A stretch of 64,000 nt of DNA from Carcharhinus longimanus (GCA_030264375.1 JASCQW010000099.1:54218022-54282021); one strand, 5' to 3'; shown: positions 25,070-37,474, counted from the stretch's first letter. The notes: generated by a model from the sequence alone, not told the origin. Translations and numbers: made by a program.

Positions 25070-25470
25070 GGGATGGCACGGTGGCACAGTGGTTACCACA
25101 GCTACCTCAACAACAGGGCTCCAGGTTCGATTCCCAGCTTGGGTCTCTGTCTGTGCGGAGTCTGCTAAAGAAAACCTGAAGGTCACGAACACCACGTGAT
25201 CCAGTTTGTGACATCATTGATATTACTTCCAGGTTACAAAAATAACTAACCTACTGCACCTCAGATCACATGCATGGTATAATTTTCCTCGAGACTGCGT
25301 GGGTTTCCTCCAGTTGCTCTGATTTCCTCCCACAGTCTGAAAGACATGCTGGTCAGATGTGTTGGCCATGCTAAGTTCTGCGTCAGTGTTCCCAGAGTGT
25401 GGGGATTTTCACAATAATTTCATTGCAGTGTTGATGTAAACCTAGTCGTGACAAAGAAATAAACTTTAAC
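25070..25470 (+). mobile_element. V-domain tRNA-SINE, tail type B, carrying a 123-bp foreign insert
   Basis: Head ggcacggtggcacagtggtt...ggttcgattccc; V-domain broken at 25165 and resuming near 25289; tail gtgacaaagaaataaacttt. Confidence 0.88.
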
Positions 25471-26338
25471 TTCATATCATCCATGCCAACTTCTATTTCC
25501 CAGAAGCAATTGATTATAAGTGGGTGGCACTGTTGCCTTCAGAAGGCCATTAGCAAGCGTTCCTTAGCTCACTCAGAACTACCGTGCAACCAATGATAAA
25601 GGTAAATGTCTGCTGCCACTGGACATCCAATGGCCACCATTAATGCCGGCTACTGCAAGGCTGAGCATTCAGAGATCTCAAACAAGTGAACAATAGGAGT
25701 TACTGCCATTGCCGATCTGTTAAAACCTGCGGAAAGTCTGGGACTCAGAAAATGTCTCAATTGTCACTGATGCCCCATAACGTTAGAACAGTCCACAGTT
25801 CAAACACATTCTGCATTGCTTCCAGTGATGCAGTTCACACTAGGTTATGATTGTGTGATTAAGTGGAGGAAAAATGTACAAAAAATGTGTATTAAGTTTT
25901 CAACAGGAAAAGTAGTGTTTCTGAATGAGAAAGCTAAGGTATAAGGTTGAACTTGTGAGCCACAGACTTCATGTATCCAAATGCAATACTCCATTGCTTT
26001 GAACTCAGCATGTCTATTTGTAGCACATGTTCTTGTAGTAAAATGACCTAATAACATTTTACAATTAATACTTTGAGCCTGTAGTGTGTACAGCAGAGAA
26101 CTCTGCCACACGCGAGGAGTAATGTTTAACAGAAATGCATGGAGTCATTGACACGTTCCATTGAATGTAATGTGTTCCTAAAAGGCTGGTAATACATAAT
26201 GCATTCTTGGGGGATTTTTGGGAGGGCTTGCTTAATGAGTCATGAATTTTGAATATATATGTATGTATGTATCTGTCTAGTTTGCCTTGTTTTATGTATG
26301 AAAATAAATTAATCTGATCACTTTAACAAATGGAATGT

Positions 26339-26461
26339 TAAAGAAAACCTGAAGGTCACGAACACCACGTGATACAGTTTGTGACATCATTGATATTACT
26401 TCCAGGTTACAAAAATAACTAACCTACTGCACCTCAGATCACATGCGTGGTATAATTTTCC
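26339..26461 (+). repeat. Unique 123-bp segment duplicated at 25166-25288
   Basis: Direct repeat with 2 mismatches (gatac/gatcc and catgcg/catgca). Confidence 0.95.
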
Positions 26462-27619
26462 CTTTGCTGTTCCTGAGGAACAGTACGAATGCACAACTCT
26501 TTGCCCCTGTCCCCCGCAGAAGGAATAAAATATTTAAACTAAACTTAAGCGAACATCAGAAACAAGCATGAACATAAAAATTAATTTAAAGCTAAGGAGA
26601 TTATTTTGTAAGTGACTTTTAAAAAGGATTCTGGGATGAAGAACTCTGTTCTTTAACCATTTCATTTACACACACACACACACGCAGGTTTACTGGATAC
26701 GGGAGGTACTATGCTCCATTCTGGCAAATGCAGAGCCTCGATGTAAAGGAAATGTTTGGATCTACAATGAAAATGAGTGTCACAGATTTCAAATCTAGTT
26801 AGATCATATATTCAGCTATTTTCCCTGTTCGGGCAAAAGCACATTAAAATAGGTTACATTCTGAAACTCCCTTAACATGAATGAGACTGTAGAAGTCCAT
26901 GGATATGGAACTACATCTGAGTTAGCTTTTGTAAGTTTAATTTATCTGGAGTGAACATTGAAGTTATTCTCTTGAAGTATTTATTCAGCACTTTATTGAA
27001 AGCTGCACAGCTAGGCTTTTTTAAATTATTTGGTAATTGTTGAAAAATGAAAAACTGACCAAACTTCCAAAACTGGCCCACAGGAAAGCTTGTTTCAAAT
27101 GATCGTTATGAAATGATCTTAGATTCCTTTTCTTTCTTTTATAAAAATCAGCAACTATCCGAATCATGTTCTTTTTCCCCCTCATTTCATTCTTGCGCTG
27201 TAAACACAAAACGTTCCACTGTTCATAGCATCCTTTGGGATAAGATGCAGCTGTTTCTAAATCCTCCACCTCATGACCTCCACCTGCAGTTCTGGGTCAC
27301 TGGCAGATGATGTTCGTTCTTGCAAGCTATTCTTAATTTCTGCCTGCTCTGTATAATTTCTCTTAAGAATCCAAGTTATTTTGGCTCACCTTAGGTAGTA
27401 GCGTGTACTAACCCAAATTAGACATGGTTCAGCCTTTATGCTCAATTTAATCATTAGGTGATGCAGGAATTTAATTGTCCTCTTTTTTTTTAAAGAAGGA
27501 AAGCAACATTAATACATCGGTTGAAAAAGAAAGGGATGTGTGTTATTTTCTATGGACTTGCAATGTTAGGCCAAACTCTCTAACCAAATGGAATTAATTA
27601 GTGTTAATTAGACTTCAAT

Positions 27620-27830
27620 GGACAGCACAGTGGGTGAGAACATTTTCTTTTCAATCCATGGATTTGGGCTTAAATCTCACCAAAATGATAAGGTGCCTTC
27701 TCTCTTGCAGCTTTCCAGAGTCTAATTAAAATGAATTGGTTCATTCTCAGCCCAGTTTCAAGTGGGTACAAATCCATAAGTCCATAACTACTAATAACCC
27801 AATGCAGATTGTCACTTTATTAATCATTTT
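27620..27830 (+). mobile_element. LF-SINE-like ancient SINE fragment
   Basis: aaatgaattggttcattctcagcccagtttcaagtgggtacaaatcc resembles the LF-SINE core (aaatgagttggtggtctcagtccagttcctagtgg), preceded by a decayed tRNA-like head. Confidence 0.5.
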
Positions 27831-28469
27831 CTAGCAATCTGCTTTGGTGTAATCTGCTGGATCCTTTTAGAACGCCAAGGATAGCACCGTATCCACCTTT
27901 CATAGGCGTTGCTAAGTTCCACAAGTGCATTCAAACATCATGGAAGGGTATTAGAATCTTGATTTAAAATTGAATTCACCCCTCGCCACTCCTGCCGTCC
28001 TTTATCTCATTCTAAAAATAACACTGTTAACTTTTACTTCTGATCTCCTGTCTTATTCCTCAGTTCTCTCTCAGAATGATGGCATTTTTGTTTGTCCAGG
28101 GTTTTCCGTCTCTGCTCTAACCAGCTCCCTGTGTTTCTCCTCTTCGTTTTAATGATTAGGAAAATCTTGGGCTGATAGGGAAAAGGCACAAAATCCCAAG
28201 CTTTATCTCTGCTTCCTTCCACAAGCTTAGCATCTAATTATAACTTCCTGATTTATCGCATCTATGTTATTCTGTTCAACCTTGGTGGTGTACTGCCATA
28301 TGGGCTTTTATCCTTCACCTTGATTTCTCAATAAAAAGAACTCTCATAAACAGAAGCCACAAAGATGGTTGCTGTGGGAAATGGGAGTATCCCATTAGTA
28401 GAGGAGGGGGCCATCTTCTGATGTTAAAGTACATTAGATTAGATTTCAGAGCTGTTAGAAAATAGAGAT

Positions 28470-29100
28470 GGGTGTAATTTTCAACTTCACCCGGTGAAGC
28501 TTCTCACCCTATGAGGATCAGAATGTTCAGAGGCCATTGGGTCACCAGTCAAGTAGGTCGCAAAGGGATAATGGCCTGAGTTTAATGCTCTCTGACCCGG
28601 GAGGGAGGATGGGTCGGTGGTGGGNNNNNNNNNNNNNNNNNNNNNNNNNNNNNNNNNNNNNNNNNNNNNNNNNNNNNNNNNNNNNNNNNNNNNNNNNTAA
28701 TGGGAAGTCTGCCCTTGCCCCAGTTGAGTGGCACTTAAGGGCCACTTCCTGTCCAGCCTCAATTTTTAGGCTGGCGGGAGGACTGACCTTGTGGCGGGGG
28801 TGGTGGGGGGGAGGTGTTGAGGCTGGAAATTGACAGAGTTGTACCTTGAGCTGGAGGGGGCACTCCATCAGAAGCCCCCTTCTGAAGTTGGGCACCACCC
28901 TCTTAACATCCAATAGGCTCCAGACCACTCTCTTCCCCCAAGACCCCAATTGTCCGTTCATGCCTGCCCCTCCTCCACCACTCAATCTTCCCCCAGGCCT
29001 TCCTTACCCTCCCTTGCATGGGACCCTTTGAACTTGCCAAGGGCCTAGGCTTAGGCTGAGGCATCCTCCTGCATTTATGTGAGGTGATACACTTTGGAAG
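28470..29100. mobile_element. GC-rich non-autonomous DNA transposon fragment (Harbinger-like)
   Basis: Abrupt GC-rich block starting gggtgtaattttc, similar to the GGG..TTTTC ends of the MITE at 61805; spans a gap. Confidence 0.35.
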
Positions 29101-29999
29101 GAGTAACTTGACAAGGAATGGCATGACACCAGGAAGTTCTCTGGAGCAGAGGGACCTTTTCCATAGATCTCTAAAGAAACTTTGAAGTTTTATCTTTCGG
29201 TGTCTTGAGGCTTGGAAATAAAATGGATTAAGTAGCTTGTAACCCTGAGGAACATTTGAGCAGGTCATTATGCCCTGATGTTCTGGAACTCTCCGCACCA
29301 AACATCAATGTATCTTAACTTGCCAGTTCTTCGTAGGGGGAAAACTAATTGGAAATTAGGTGGAAACAAATCTTATGTCAATTTACCATATTACCAATAC
29401 CACCATCTGCCCTGGTTTGGGGGAAATGTGAAAGGGCCTTTGCTCTGTATCTAATTGAAGTTTTACCCTAATTTAGGTGAATGTGGGGCTGACATTGGAT
29501 GTTCAAAGTAGGATATCAAGCAGTCCCTAAATCTCTGACCTCTCAGTGATAAATATAGTGTTTAAACTCCCTTCCACACCCACTGAATTAATGCAAGCTA
29601 TGTAGCTTCCATGGCCCAGCGGGAGGTCACTGGAAAAGAGCAGCAAGTTGTCGAAGTGACGGAGGCAATTTTGTCAACTTTCCTTCTCTCACTGAGGCCC
29701 CTGGACAGGCCTCCGGTTCTGTATGGAGGTCAAAAGTAAGGTCTCCACATTAAGTAAAGTTTTAAAAATTATATCATAACAATAATGACTTGCGACATTT
29801 CCTTACAGCAGTGGGAAATGTTGGCTGTGAGCCCCATAGCCCCGAGTGTTAAGAATTACACTGTGGAAAAATAATAAAACATCCACAGGCTGTACGTGTG
29901 AACGAAATGCATTCCACGAAAAAGCTTTGTGGAACCACACATCTTGTGTGAAAATATAGCCTTGAGTCCTTAGCCCTTATTCATAGTGAGAAGCTAGAA

Positions 30000-31360
30000 A
30001 TTTACTTCCTTTGTAGAATTAATTAATGACTGCAGGTACAAAATAACCATCCATCCCAGTTGGGGTCTCAGAGTCTCTGACTGGATGATTTTCGATGATT
30101 CCCAGGGTTCTTGATTGTTGATTTTAAAGAGCCGATCGCCGCACGTAGGTTTTATGTATGAGGGTTAAACTAGTTGAATTAATACAGAGCATAAAAGGCA
30201 TTGTAAATCAAATAATCATGAATTACTAAAAACTGCAAGGGGCCATCCATAATTTTCATCCTTTCATAAGAGTAAAATCATTGCTTATCTCCGTATTACA
30301 CAAACATGCCAAGAAATGATAAATTGATCATTTTATATAGATAAAGAATTAACTCTTTCCCATCCCAATGAATTTTTGTGACAATGGCTATAACTATACA
30401 GACAATCCCTTACCTATTTTGTAAGACTATTTAATTACTGAAGTAATAAACATGTTCCACTGTTTCCAAGATATATACACATATTGAGTTTCCCGTCGGA
30501 GCTTGTGAGAATTATTCTCTTCTATCTAATGTTCCTAAATGGTATTTTCACATTCTTGTGTTGCTTTGGCCTTGCAACGAACAATAGATATTTCACAAGT
30601 TAAAAAAAATTATAAATTCGTTCCCCACAAAATGCAAGTGCCCTTAAACTGAGCCCCCGACTCTAACTTTTACATCTACATTTAAAAATCCCACTCAGTA
30701 ATATTAACAAAACTACCGATTAAACAAGCACATTATAGCAAAGTGATTGTAATGTAGGAACCGAAACACAGACCATTGTGTGACAGACTTAAATGACAAT
30801 GAGAGGTTTACAGGAATATTTTAGAAACATTTTGTCTAAAGGCAACGACAGCTTGATTATTCATGTTACTACATTAGTCTGAAGATGACACTTGCACCAA
30901 CATTCGCTTGTGATCAAAATTGTTAGCTACACAGTGTCATACATTTAATTACCTGCGATGAATGATGCTCTTTATTTTATTTTGTGATTATTTTTCTGTG
31001 TACAAGAAAGGTCACTATCCTGTTTAAAGAAAAAAATCCTTTGTCAGATTTCCACAGCCCTCACGATATCTAAAGTGGAACATGGAAAGGATTAGAAGGG
31101 AATGCATTTCGATACAAATTTTAGACAATAGTGGCCGTCATTTCAGACCTGGCTTCCTGTTCCCTGCACTAGTTATGGAACTGCACATTTAAAAGGAATT
31201 AAATCCCATTTAAAAAGCATGACAGCAAATTAGAAAATGTTAGGCAGCATTTAGAAATAGAAAGAACATTTTGCATTACATTAGCTCATCAAACCCCCAC
31301 ATAATTAGGAATCCATTTTATGTGGCATTAAATTTTCCAGTTCTTTCAAGAGTGGTGCAA
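30000..31360. promoter_or_regulatory. Cluster of putative conserved non-coding elements
   Basis: No recognisable repeats; homeodomain-motif-dense blocks near 30015-30300, 30840-30970 and 31130-31350. Confidence 0.4.
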
Positions 31361-31482
31361 ATATTATAAATCTGAAAATGACAATATATGTGTATGTTTG
31401 AGTATTGTGTGATTGCCGAGTGACTCTGTGGGAGATGACAGCTTTGTAATTTGCATATTGTTAGTGGAGGTTGTGATATGTT

Positions 31483-31501
31483 TGTGTGTGTGTGTGTGTG
31501 T
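31483..31501. repeat. (GT)n microsatellite
   Basis: tgtgtgtgtgtgtgtgtgt. Confidence 0.9.
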
Positions 31502-32479
31502 ATGGTGGGGGAGTGCTATTATTGAGAAGCGAAGACTGTTAACAGTAAAGTGCAGCATCTGCTGGACTGATATGAAAATAGCAGCAAGCGCACTGTGGAG
31601 CAGGAGCCTCAAGGCATCTGCAAAGAAGTTTGGAAATGCTGCAGTCAGTTCCGAATGCTGGACCTAATTTTTTATGTCTGCTTTTGTATATGTTTGATCG
31701 AGTTCTGTTCAGCAAAATAAAAATAACTAATCTTTAGCCAAGTAGATTTATTTCAATTATGCTTTTTTCTCTCTCTCATAAAACTGTATGATATGGTGAA
31801 ATGTTATTAAATGCACATAAGCAGCAAAAGGAAATAGCTATATCGTCTTCCCGATGGAAGCAGTTCCCAAAGCATTTGACTTGTCCTGTATTCAAGATGC
31901 TTGGATGAGAGAGTCATGGTTGAGCCCAGAAGCTGGTAGGTGTTGTGTCATCTTTCAACAGCCCATAGAATGCATTGCTGTTCCCAGCAAACTGAAACAA
32001 TGACTTAGATTTCTAAATGAAAATGGAAGTTAAAATTCCAACCTCTATACCCGTTCCAATTCCAATGCCTTTGACTTTTCTTAGTCAAGTATATGGAGAT
32101 TCAAAGCATGAAATGGGACATTTAGGACAAACCACCAGTACAAGAAGCGATCAATCTTTTGTGTTAAAGTCTTTCAATCTTCCTTCATTCTTAGCTTTGA
32201 TGTGGACCTCACACTCATTGCCTTCTGCGCACCCCCTTAACCCCCTTAACATCTCTCAATTTTCCGTTACCCGAGATCTCAGTCAATGACTGGTAACTTC
32301 TGATCAATTCCCCCTCACAGCTCTCCCACCCAAAAATACTCAAATGAACTAATTCCCAACTCCTTCACCTTTGATGCTCCATCACAACGCTTCTGTAGCT
32401 TTCTCATTTCTTCATTTCAATCTCTAGCCCCCAGCAACTTAATCTCTATAATCCCGTCCCTGAAATGAACAAGAATGAA

Positions 32480-33210
32480 AGAAAATATAACCATTCTGAA
32501 GGGGGTATAGGAGATGAGGGATCAGGGAATGCATTTGTCTCAATTGTTGAAGGCAACAGTGAAGGTTCAGAAGGTGATTAGAAAGGCACATCAGACCCTG
32601 GATTTTATCAATTGAGGCACTGAGCTCAAAATTAAGGAAGTTTTGATGAAACTTTATAAAACACTTGTTGGGCCTCAGCTTGAGCATTGTTCCTAACACT
32701 AGGCACCACATCATAGGAAGGCGTTGGAGAGAGTTCAGAAAAGATTCCTGCGAATGATTCCAGGGATGAGGGACTTCAGGTATGTGGGTAGGTTGCAGAG
32801 GCTGGTGTTGTTGTTCTTGAAGAGAAAGAAGCTGAGAGGAAATTAGATAGCAGCGTTTAAAATCATGAAGGGTCTGGACAGAGCAGACACAGAGGAACTG
32901 TTCCCCTTGGCAGAAAGGTTGAGAACCACAGGACACCGATGTAAGGTGAAAAGCAAAGGAAGCAAAGGCAACATTGGAAAAGTGATTTTTAAACAGTGAG
33001 CAGTCAGGGACTGGAATGTACCACTTGAGGGCAAGGTGCAGGCAACTTCAATCGTGGCTTTCAAAAAATAATTGAATAATTATCTGAAGAGAGATGTTTT
33101 GCTGGGCTACTGGGAAAGATCTTGGGAGTGGGGCCAGCTGAGTTACTCTTACAAAGAGATAACATGGGCAGTAAGGAATAAATGGTGCTATACCCTGCCT
33201 ATAATTCTAT
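32480..33210 (+). mobile_element. CR1 LINE 3' portion
   Basis: KLYKTLVGPQLEHC...LERVQKRFLRMIPGMRDFRY...LRGN...FKIMKGLD...TTGH motifs, followed by a decayed 3' UTR. Confidence 0.88.
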
Positions 33211-33640
33211 CTGCTCCCATTTCCAGCTGAATAAGAAAGGGCAGAGATCAATGTAACCACACCCTGCCCAAATCTCTGCTCTGTCCACCCAGATAACAAT
33301 GTACCTCCAAAGTTAAGAAATATTTCCTTTCTTGTCTTTGGCATGAAATTCTCAAATTGACATCATGTTAATATTCTGAAATTTAGAAAAGTAAGTTTAC
33401 TGAAATATATTATCATAAAGCTGACCATAATTCTTTTCCATGATGATCTCATGCTTGTAGAGGAAAAAGTTATAATTACTTTCAAACCTACCCAAGCCAA
33501 TACTGAAGCACTTCATTGCTGAATCAACTATTATTCTTCACGCTCCTCCATTGCAATCTCATCTAATCTTTCTCCATCACAATTCATCCTTAATTTCTTT
33601 AGCCATCTTCCTATATTGCATAGCTATTCAGACACTTGCA

Positions 33641-33938
33641 GCACAGTGGTTAGCACTGCTGCCTCACTGTGCCAGGGACCCAGGTTCGATTCCCAGCTTG
33701 GATGACTGTGGTGTGGAGTTTGCAGGTTTGCCCTGTGTTGGCATGGGTTTCCTCTGGGTACTCTGGTTCCCTCCCATAGTCCGAAAAACGTGCTGGTTAG
33801 GTGCATTGGCCATGCTAAATTCTCCCTCAGTGTACCCAAACAGATGCCGGAGTGTGGCAACTCATGGATTTTCACAGTAATTTCATTGCAGTGTTCATGT
33901 AACTCTACTTTTGACATTAATAAATAAACTTTAAACTT
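33641..33938 (+). mobile_element. V-domain tRNA-SINE, tail type B
   Basis: gcacagtggttagcactgctgcctcac...ggttcgattccc...ttttcacagtaatttcattgcagtgtt...taataaataaacttt. Confidence 0.92.
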
Positions 33939-34494
33939 GAATCAGATAAAATCTCTACTCCATAAATTTCACCTGGTTTTACACAATAATTTCCCCATTT
34001 CTTCTCTATCTTTGAAGATGGTCAAACATTGACTTGTTTTTATCACATTAAATTGTTCCTGAACGCAGAAATATGGTAACTACTGAAATCAGAGCAAATG
34101 GATTTCCTCACAAGAGGAAGAACTCTGATCCTCATGCATGGTCATTCTATATAAACATTATTTAGGAATGCATTAATAATGTCACTACACGCTGCAATCA
34201 TACAATTCTTGCTTCTCAATGTCATATTTCTCATTTTACAAGGTTACTAAATTTGATATATAATTGTTCTGAATTGTTATGAACGAAAAAAAAGCCAGCA
34301 AACAACTGATTGCTCCTGGACTTGGTTCTGTCCAGTTTTATTAAGATCAACAAACTAGATAGGACTAACCTACTTCACAAGAAGACGTGAAAATAGAAAT
34401 CAGACAAAACCATTTGGCCCATTAAGCCCACAGATGGTTTACAATTAGCATAAACACGAATTTTCTTCATCGTCATTATGCAGTATAGAAGTTA

Positions 34495-35139
34495 AGTATT
34501 GATGAGAAAATAGAAGCCATTTTTGGAGCTTTTTGCCTTGTACTCATTAGGATATTTGTGACAATATTAATATAAGGGAAATTAACAAAAGTGTGCTGTC
34601 TGAGAAGAAAATGCTGATTTGTTGCCAAGTGGACTCTTTGGACAGCACGGTGGCACAAAGGTTAGCACTGCTGCCACACAGCAGCAGGGACTCGGGTTTG
34701 ATTCTCGGCTTGGGTCACTGTCTGTGTGGAGTCTGCACGTTCTCTCCATTTTTGCACGCGTTTCCTCCAGGTGCTCCAGTTTCCTCCCACAGTCCAAAAG
34801 ACATACCGGTTAGATGGATTGGCCATGTTAAAATTTGATTAGGGGATTTTTACGGTAACTTCTTCAAGTGTTAATGTAAGTCTACTTGTGACAATAAAGA
34901 AATAAATTGATTGGTAGATGTGTTGCCATGGAGAGTGCACTTCTTAATGGTGACTGACAGTTTACTGTGCATTCACCATGGCAACACATTGACCAATCCG
35001 AGTCCACTTGCCAACCAATCAGCACTTGCTTCTCATACCGATTACATTTGTTGATTTCCCTCACATGGTTGCAATTGTTCTGATGAGTACAAGACAAAAA
35101 ACTTTGACAAAAAAGTATCCTTTTATTTTCAGCTGTACT
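34495..35139. mobile_element. Foldback (palindromic) Penelope-type element with a decayed type-I hammerhead ribozyme in each arm
   Basis: Left arm 34495-34940 (excluding SINE 34640-34907) is the diverged reverse complement of right arm 34967-35139; 26-nt loop; ttgtt-CTGATGA-gtacaagac-aAAA-aact-tt-gacaa at 35075-35110. Confidence 0.7.
34640..34907 (+). mobile_element. V-domain tRNA-SINE, tail type B, inserted in the foldback arm
   Basis: Head, V-domain and tail ctacttgtgacaataaagaaataaat. Confidence 0.92.
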
Positions 35140-35947
35140 CAATTTTATTTATCCAAAATAAAATCTAAAACCAGATGGCTCTCTCCACAAGTTCAGAAGA
35201 CCAGTAAATCAGGGGAAATAAAACAATGTAAGTGATTTTTAAATGACCTAAAATGAGGCATATTCCTCGCATGGCTAATTCAGAACATGAATGATGTGGA
35301 CGGATATCTCGTTAGCATAACGTTATTATATACATTTTTTTTGGATCCAGCAAGAATAGTTCAATTTTGCGCATGGTCGCAAGTCATGTCCGATGTCAGG
35401 AAACAGACACAAAAAGTCAAAGGCTTGTTTTGTCTACAAACCGCACGTTCATTTTCATGAATTTGTGGCAAAGGAAGGATATTTTAGCTTTCCTCCTCAA
35501 TAAATGTAAAAGTTATGGCTGGGATAAACAGAGGTTGTAAATTGAATCTAAACTGAGAAGAATTTGATTCTGGCATCACTATACACAGTTTGTTTCCAGA
35601 TTGTCTTGTACTATTCATGAAAAAGGGAGCTGGGGATATGCAAAGATTAATGTTTTCTGGTTTCTGTCTGCTAAGTCAACGTATATTGTTATTTTTAAGG
35701 TGATCAGCAATATTACCATTCTTTAAGCTTGACGTATAATAGATACTGGAAATTTCAAAACAATTTTATATGTACTTCATCTAATCTAATAAGCTGTATT
35801 CACCATGCACAATGTGATCATTGGGCTATGATGGGCTAATCAAATACTGAAAATGTAACCATTTGCCATTCATCTCCATTCTGTCTGAAAGTGCATTCCT
35901 GAACTGCCAGTGGCTCCCCTTTCCTTCTCTTACCTCTGAAGCATTGG

Positions 35948-36251
35948 TTTTAATTTTATTAGTGTCACAAGGAGGCATACATTAACACTGTGTTAAAATT
36001 ACTGTGAAGCTCCCCTAGTCACCACACTCTGCCATCTGTTCGGGCATATCGAGGGAGAATTTAACACGGCCAAAGCACCTCACCAACACATCTTTTGGGC
36101 TATGGGAAGAAATCAGAGCACCCAGAGGAAACCCATGCAGACACAAGGAGAAAATGCAGACTCCGCATAGACAGTTACCCAAGCCAGGAATTGAACCCAG
36201 GTCCCTGGTGCTGCGAGGCAGCAGTGCTAATCACGGTGCCACCGTGTTGCC
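35948..36251 (-). mobile_element. V-domain tRNA-SINE, tail type B
   Basis: ttttattagtgtcacaagg...gaggaaacccatgcagacac...ggaattgaacccagg...cacggtgccaccgtgttgcc. Confidence 0.92.
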
Positions 36252-36269
36252 AGTGGTTAGCATTTACTA

Positions 36270-37200
36270 ATCTGATAAGGTTTAATGGATTTAAAGGGGA
36301 GTGACAGGAGACTGAAAGTAATGAACAGTTATGTTTCAGATTGGATAAAAGTATACAATGGTGTTATCCAGGAGTCAATACTAGGAACACTGCAGATTTT
36401 GCTACATATTAATGAGCTGAACATGGCAATAGGGAGCATAATTTCAAAGTTTGCCAATGATGCAACATTTGGAAATGTGGTTTGTGATTGTTCAAGAAGG
36501 TTGAGCAAAGTTTTGAAAGAGGTGTTCAAAATATGCAACTTCTTCCAAAGTGACCTGCTCAAAAAGAATTCAGGATTTGAAATTCCTGGGCTTCATTCCT
36601 TGTCATCTTGTCCTACAAGTTGGCAAGTAGCCTTAAGATTTTGCAAGTTTAAGTACCACAGACAGTGACTTACAGCTGCCCATTCTCCAGAACATCCTGT
36701 CTGGTTCTAAATGAACATGCGTCATTCAATTAAATTGTCTTACAAGGATTTCCTGTGTCAAACCCCCTTGAGATTTCTATCTGACTTCACTTTCAGTTCT
36801 AAACTGCTACTTGGATTTTTCCCAGACTATAATATGACTATGTATGGTAAGCATTTGGTAACTGGAACCCAGACATGCTACAGGTTGTGGCTTGTATACT
36901 TTGACCAAGTAATTAGCATAGAAAGCTTTACTGCAATGTTAACGCTACAACTTCAATCATCCTCTCCCCTCCTAGTCTGTACCCATATTTAAATACATCA
37001 TGCAGAAGATGCAAAAAAAAATCTTTTTGAGAATGGTACGAGAATTGAGAGGTTATACCCATCAGGGAAGATTAGCAGGTTGCGGCTTTTAAAGAAAAGG
37101 CAGAGGGTGACCTGATAGAGGAATTTCAGATTATCGAAGGGCTTGATAGGGTAGAAGTAGGATCTCGTTTTGGCCAATCAGGTTATGGTGAAGCTTTACC
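36270..37200 (+). mobile_element. Discontinuous CR1 RT and C-terminal fragments (36270-36560 and 37030-37200)
   Basis: NGVIQESILG...INEL...ISKFANDA (decayed GVPQGSVLG...KFADD); later RMVRELRGY...RGDLIEEF. Confidence 0.7.
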
Positions 37201-37218
37201 TGAAGGAATTTTTTAAAA

Positions 37219-37375
37219 GCCGTCTGGGCCTTTTGGCTGAGATGAAGCTCAGATCGAGCCTGGGTGGTGGTGTAATGCCTCATCCTGTCAGCTTGGGTTT
37301 TGTTGTATCAAGCCCAAGATGGGAGGTATATGGTCTGTCTTGTCAGCTTGGATCAATTTGAATTGGATTTTTGAT
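37219..37375 (+). pseudogene. U2 snRNA-derived repeat with internal tandem duplication
   Basis: gccgtctgggccttttggctgagat matches U2 stem-loop I (gcttctcggccttttggctaagat); two tgtcagcttgg units; Sm-site-like ggatttttg. Shares cagcttgga and caatttgaatt with 4864-5016. Confidence 0.6.
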
Positions 37376-37474
37376 TGTGAATGAAGTACCAAAAAGTACA
37401 CAAAAGATATGGGAGCCACTCTCCGACCTCTCAGCAGCTGGCACAGATGGCAGCGATCCTGTAGAATGGCGTGT

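Noticed and set aside
31413-31667. Overlapping ORFs on both strands
   Set aside because: They span a (GT)n microsatellite, lack convincing splice signals and have no recognisable homology.
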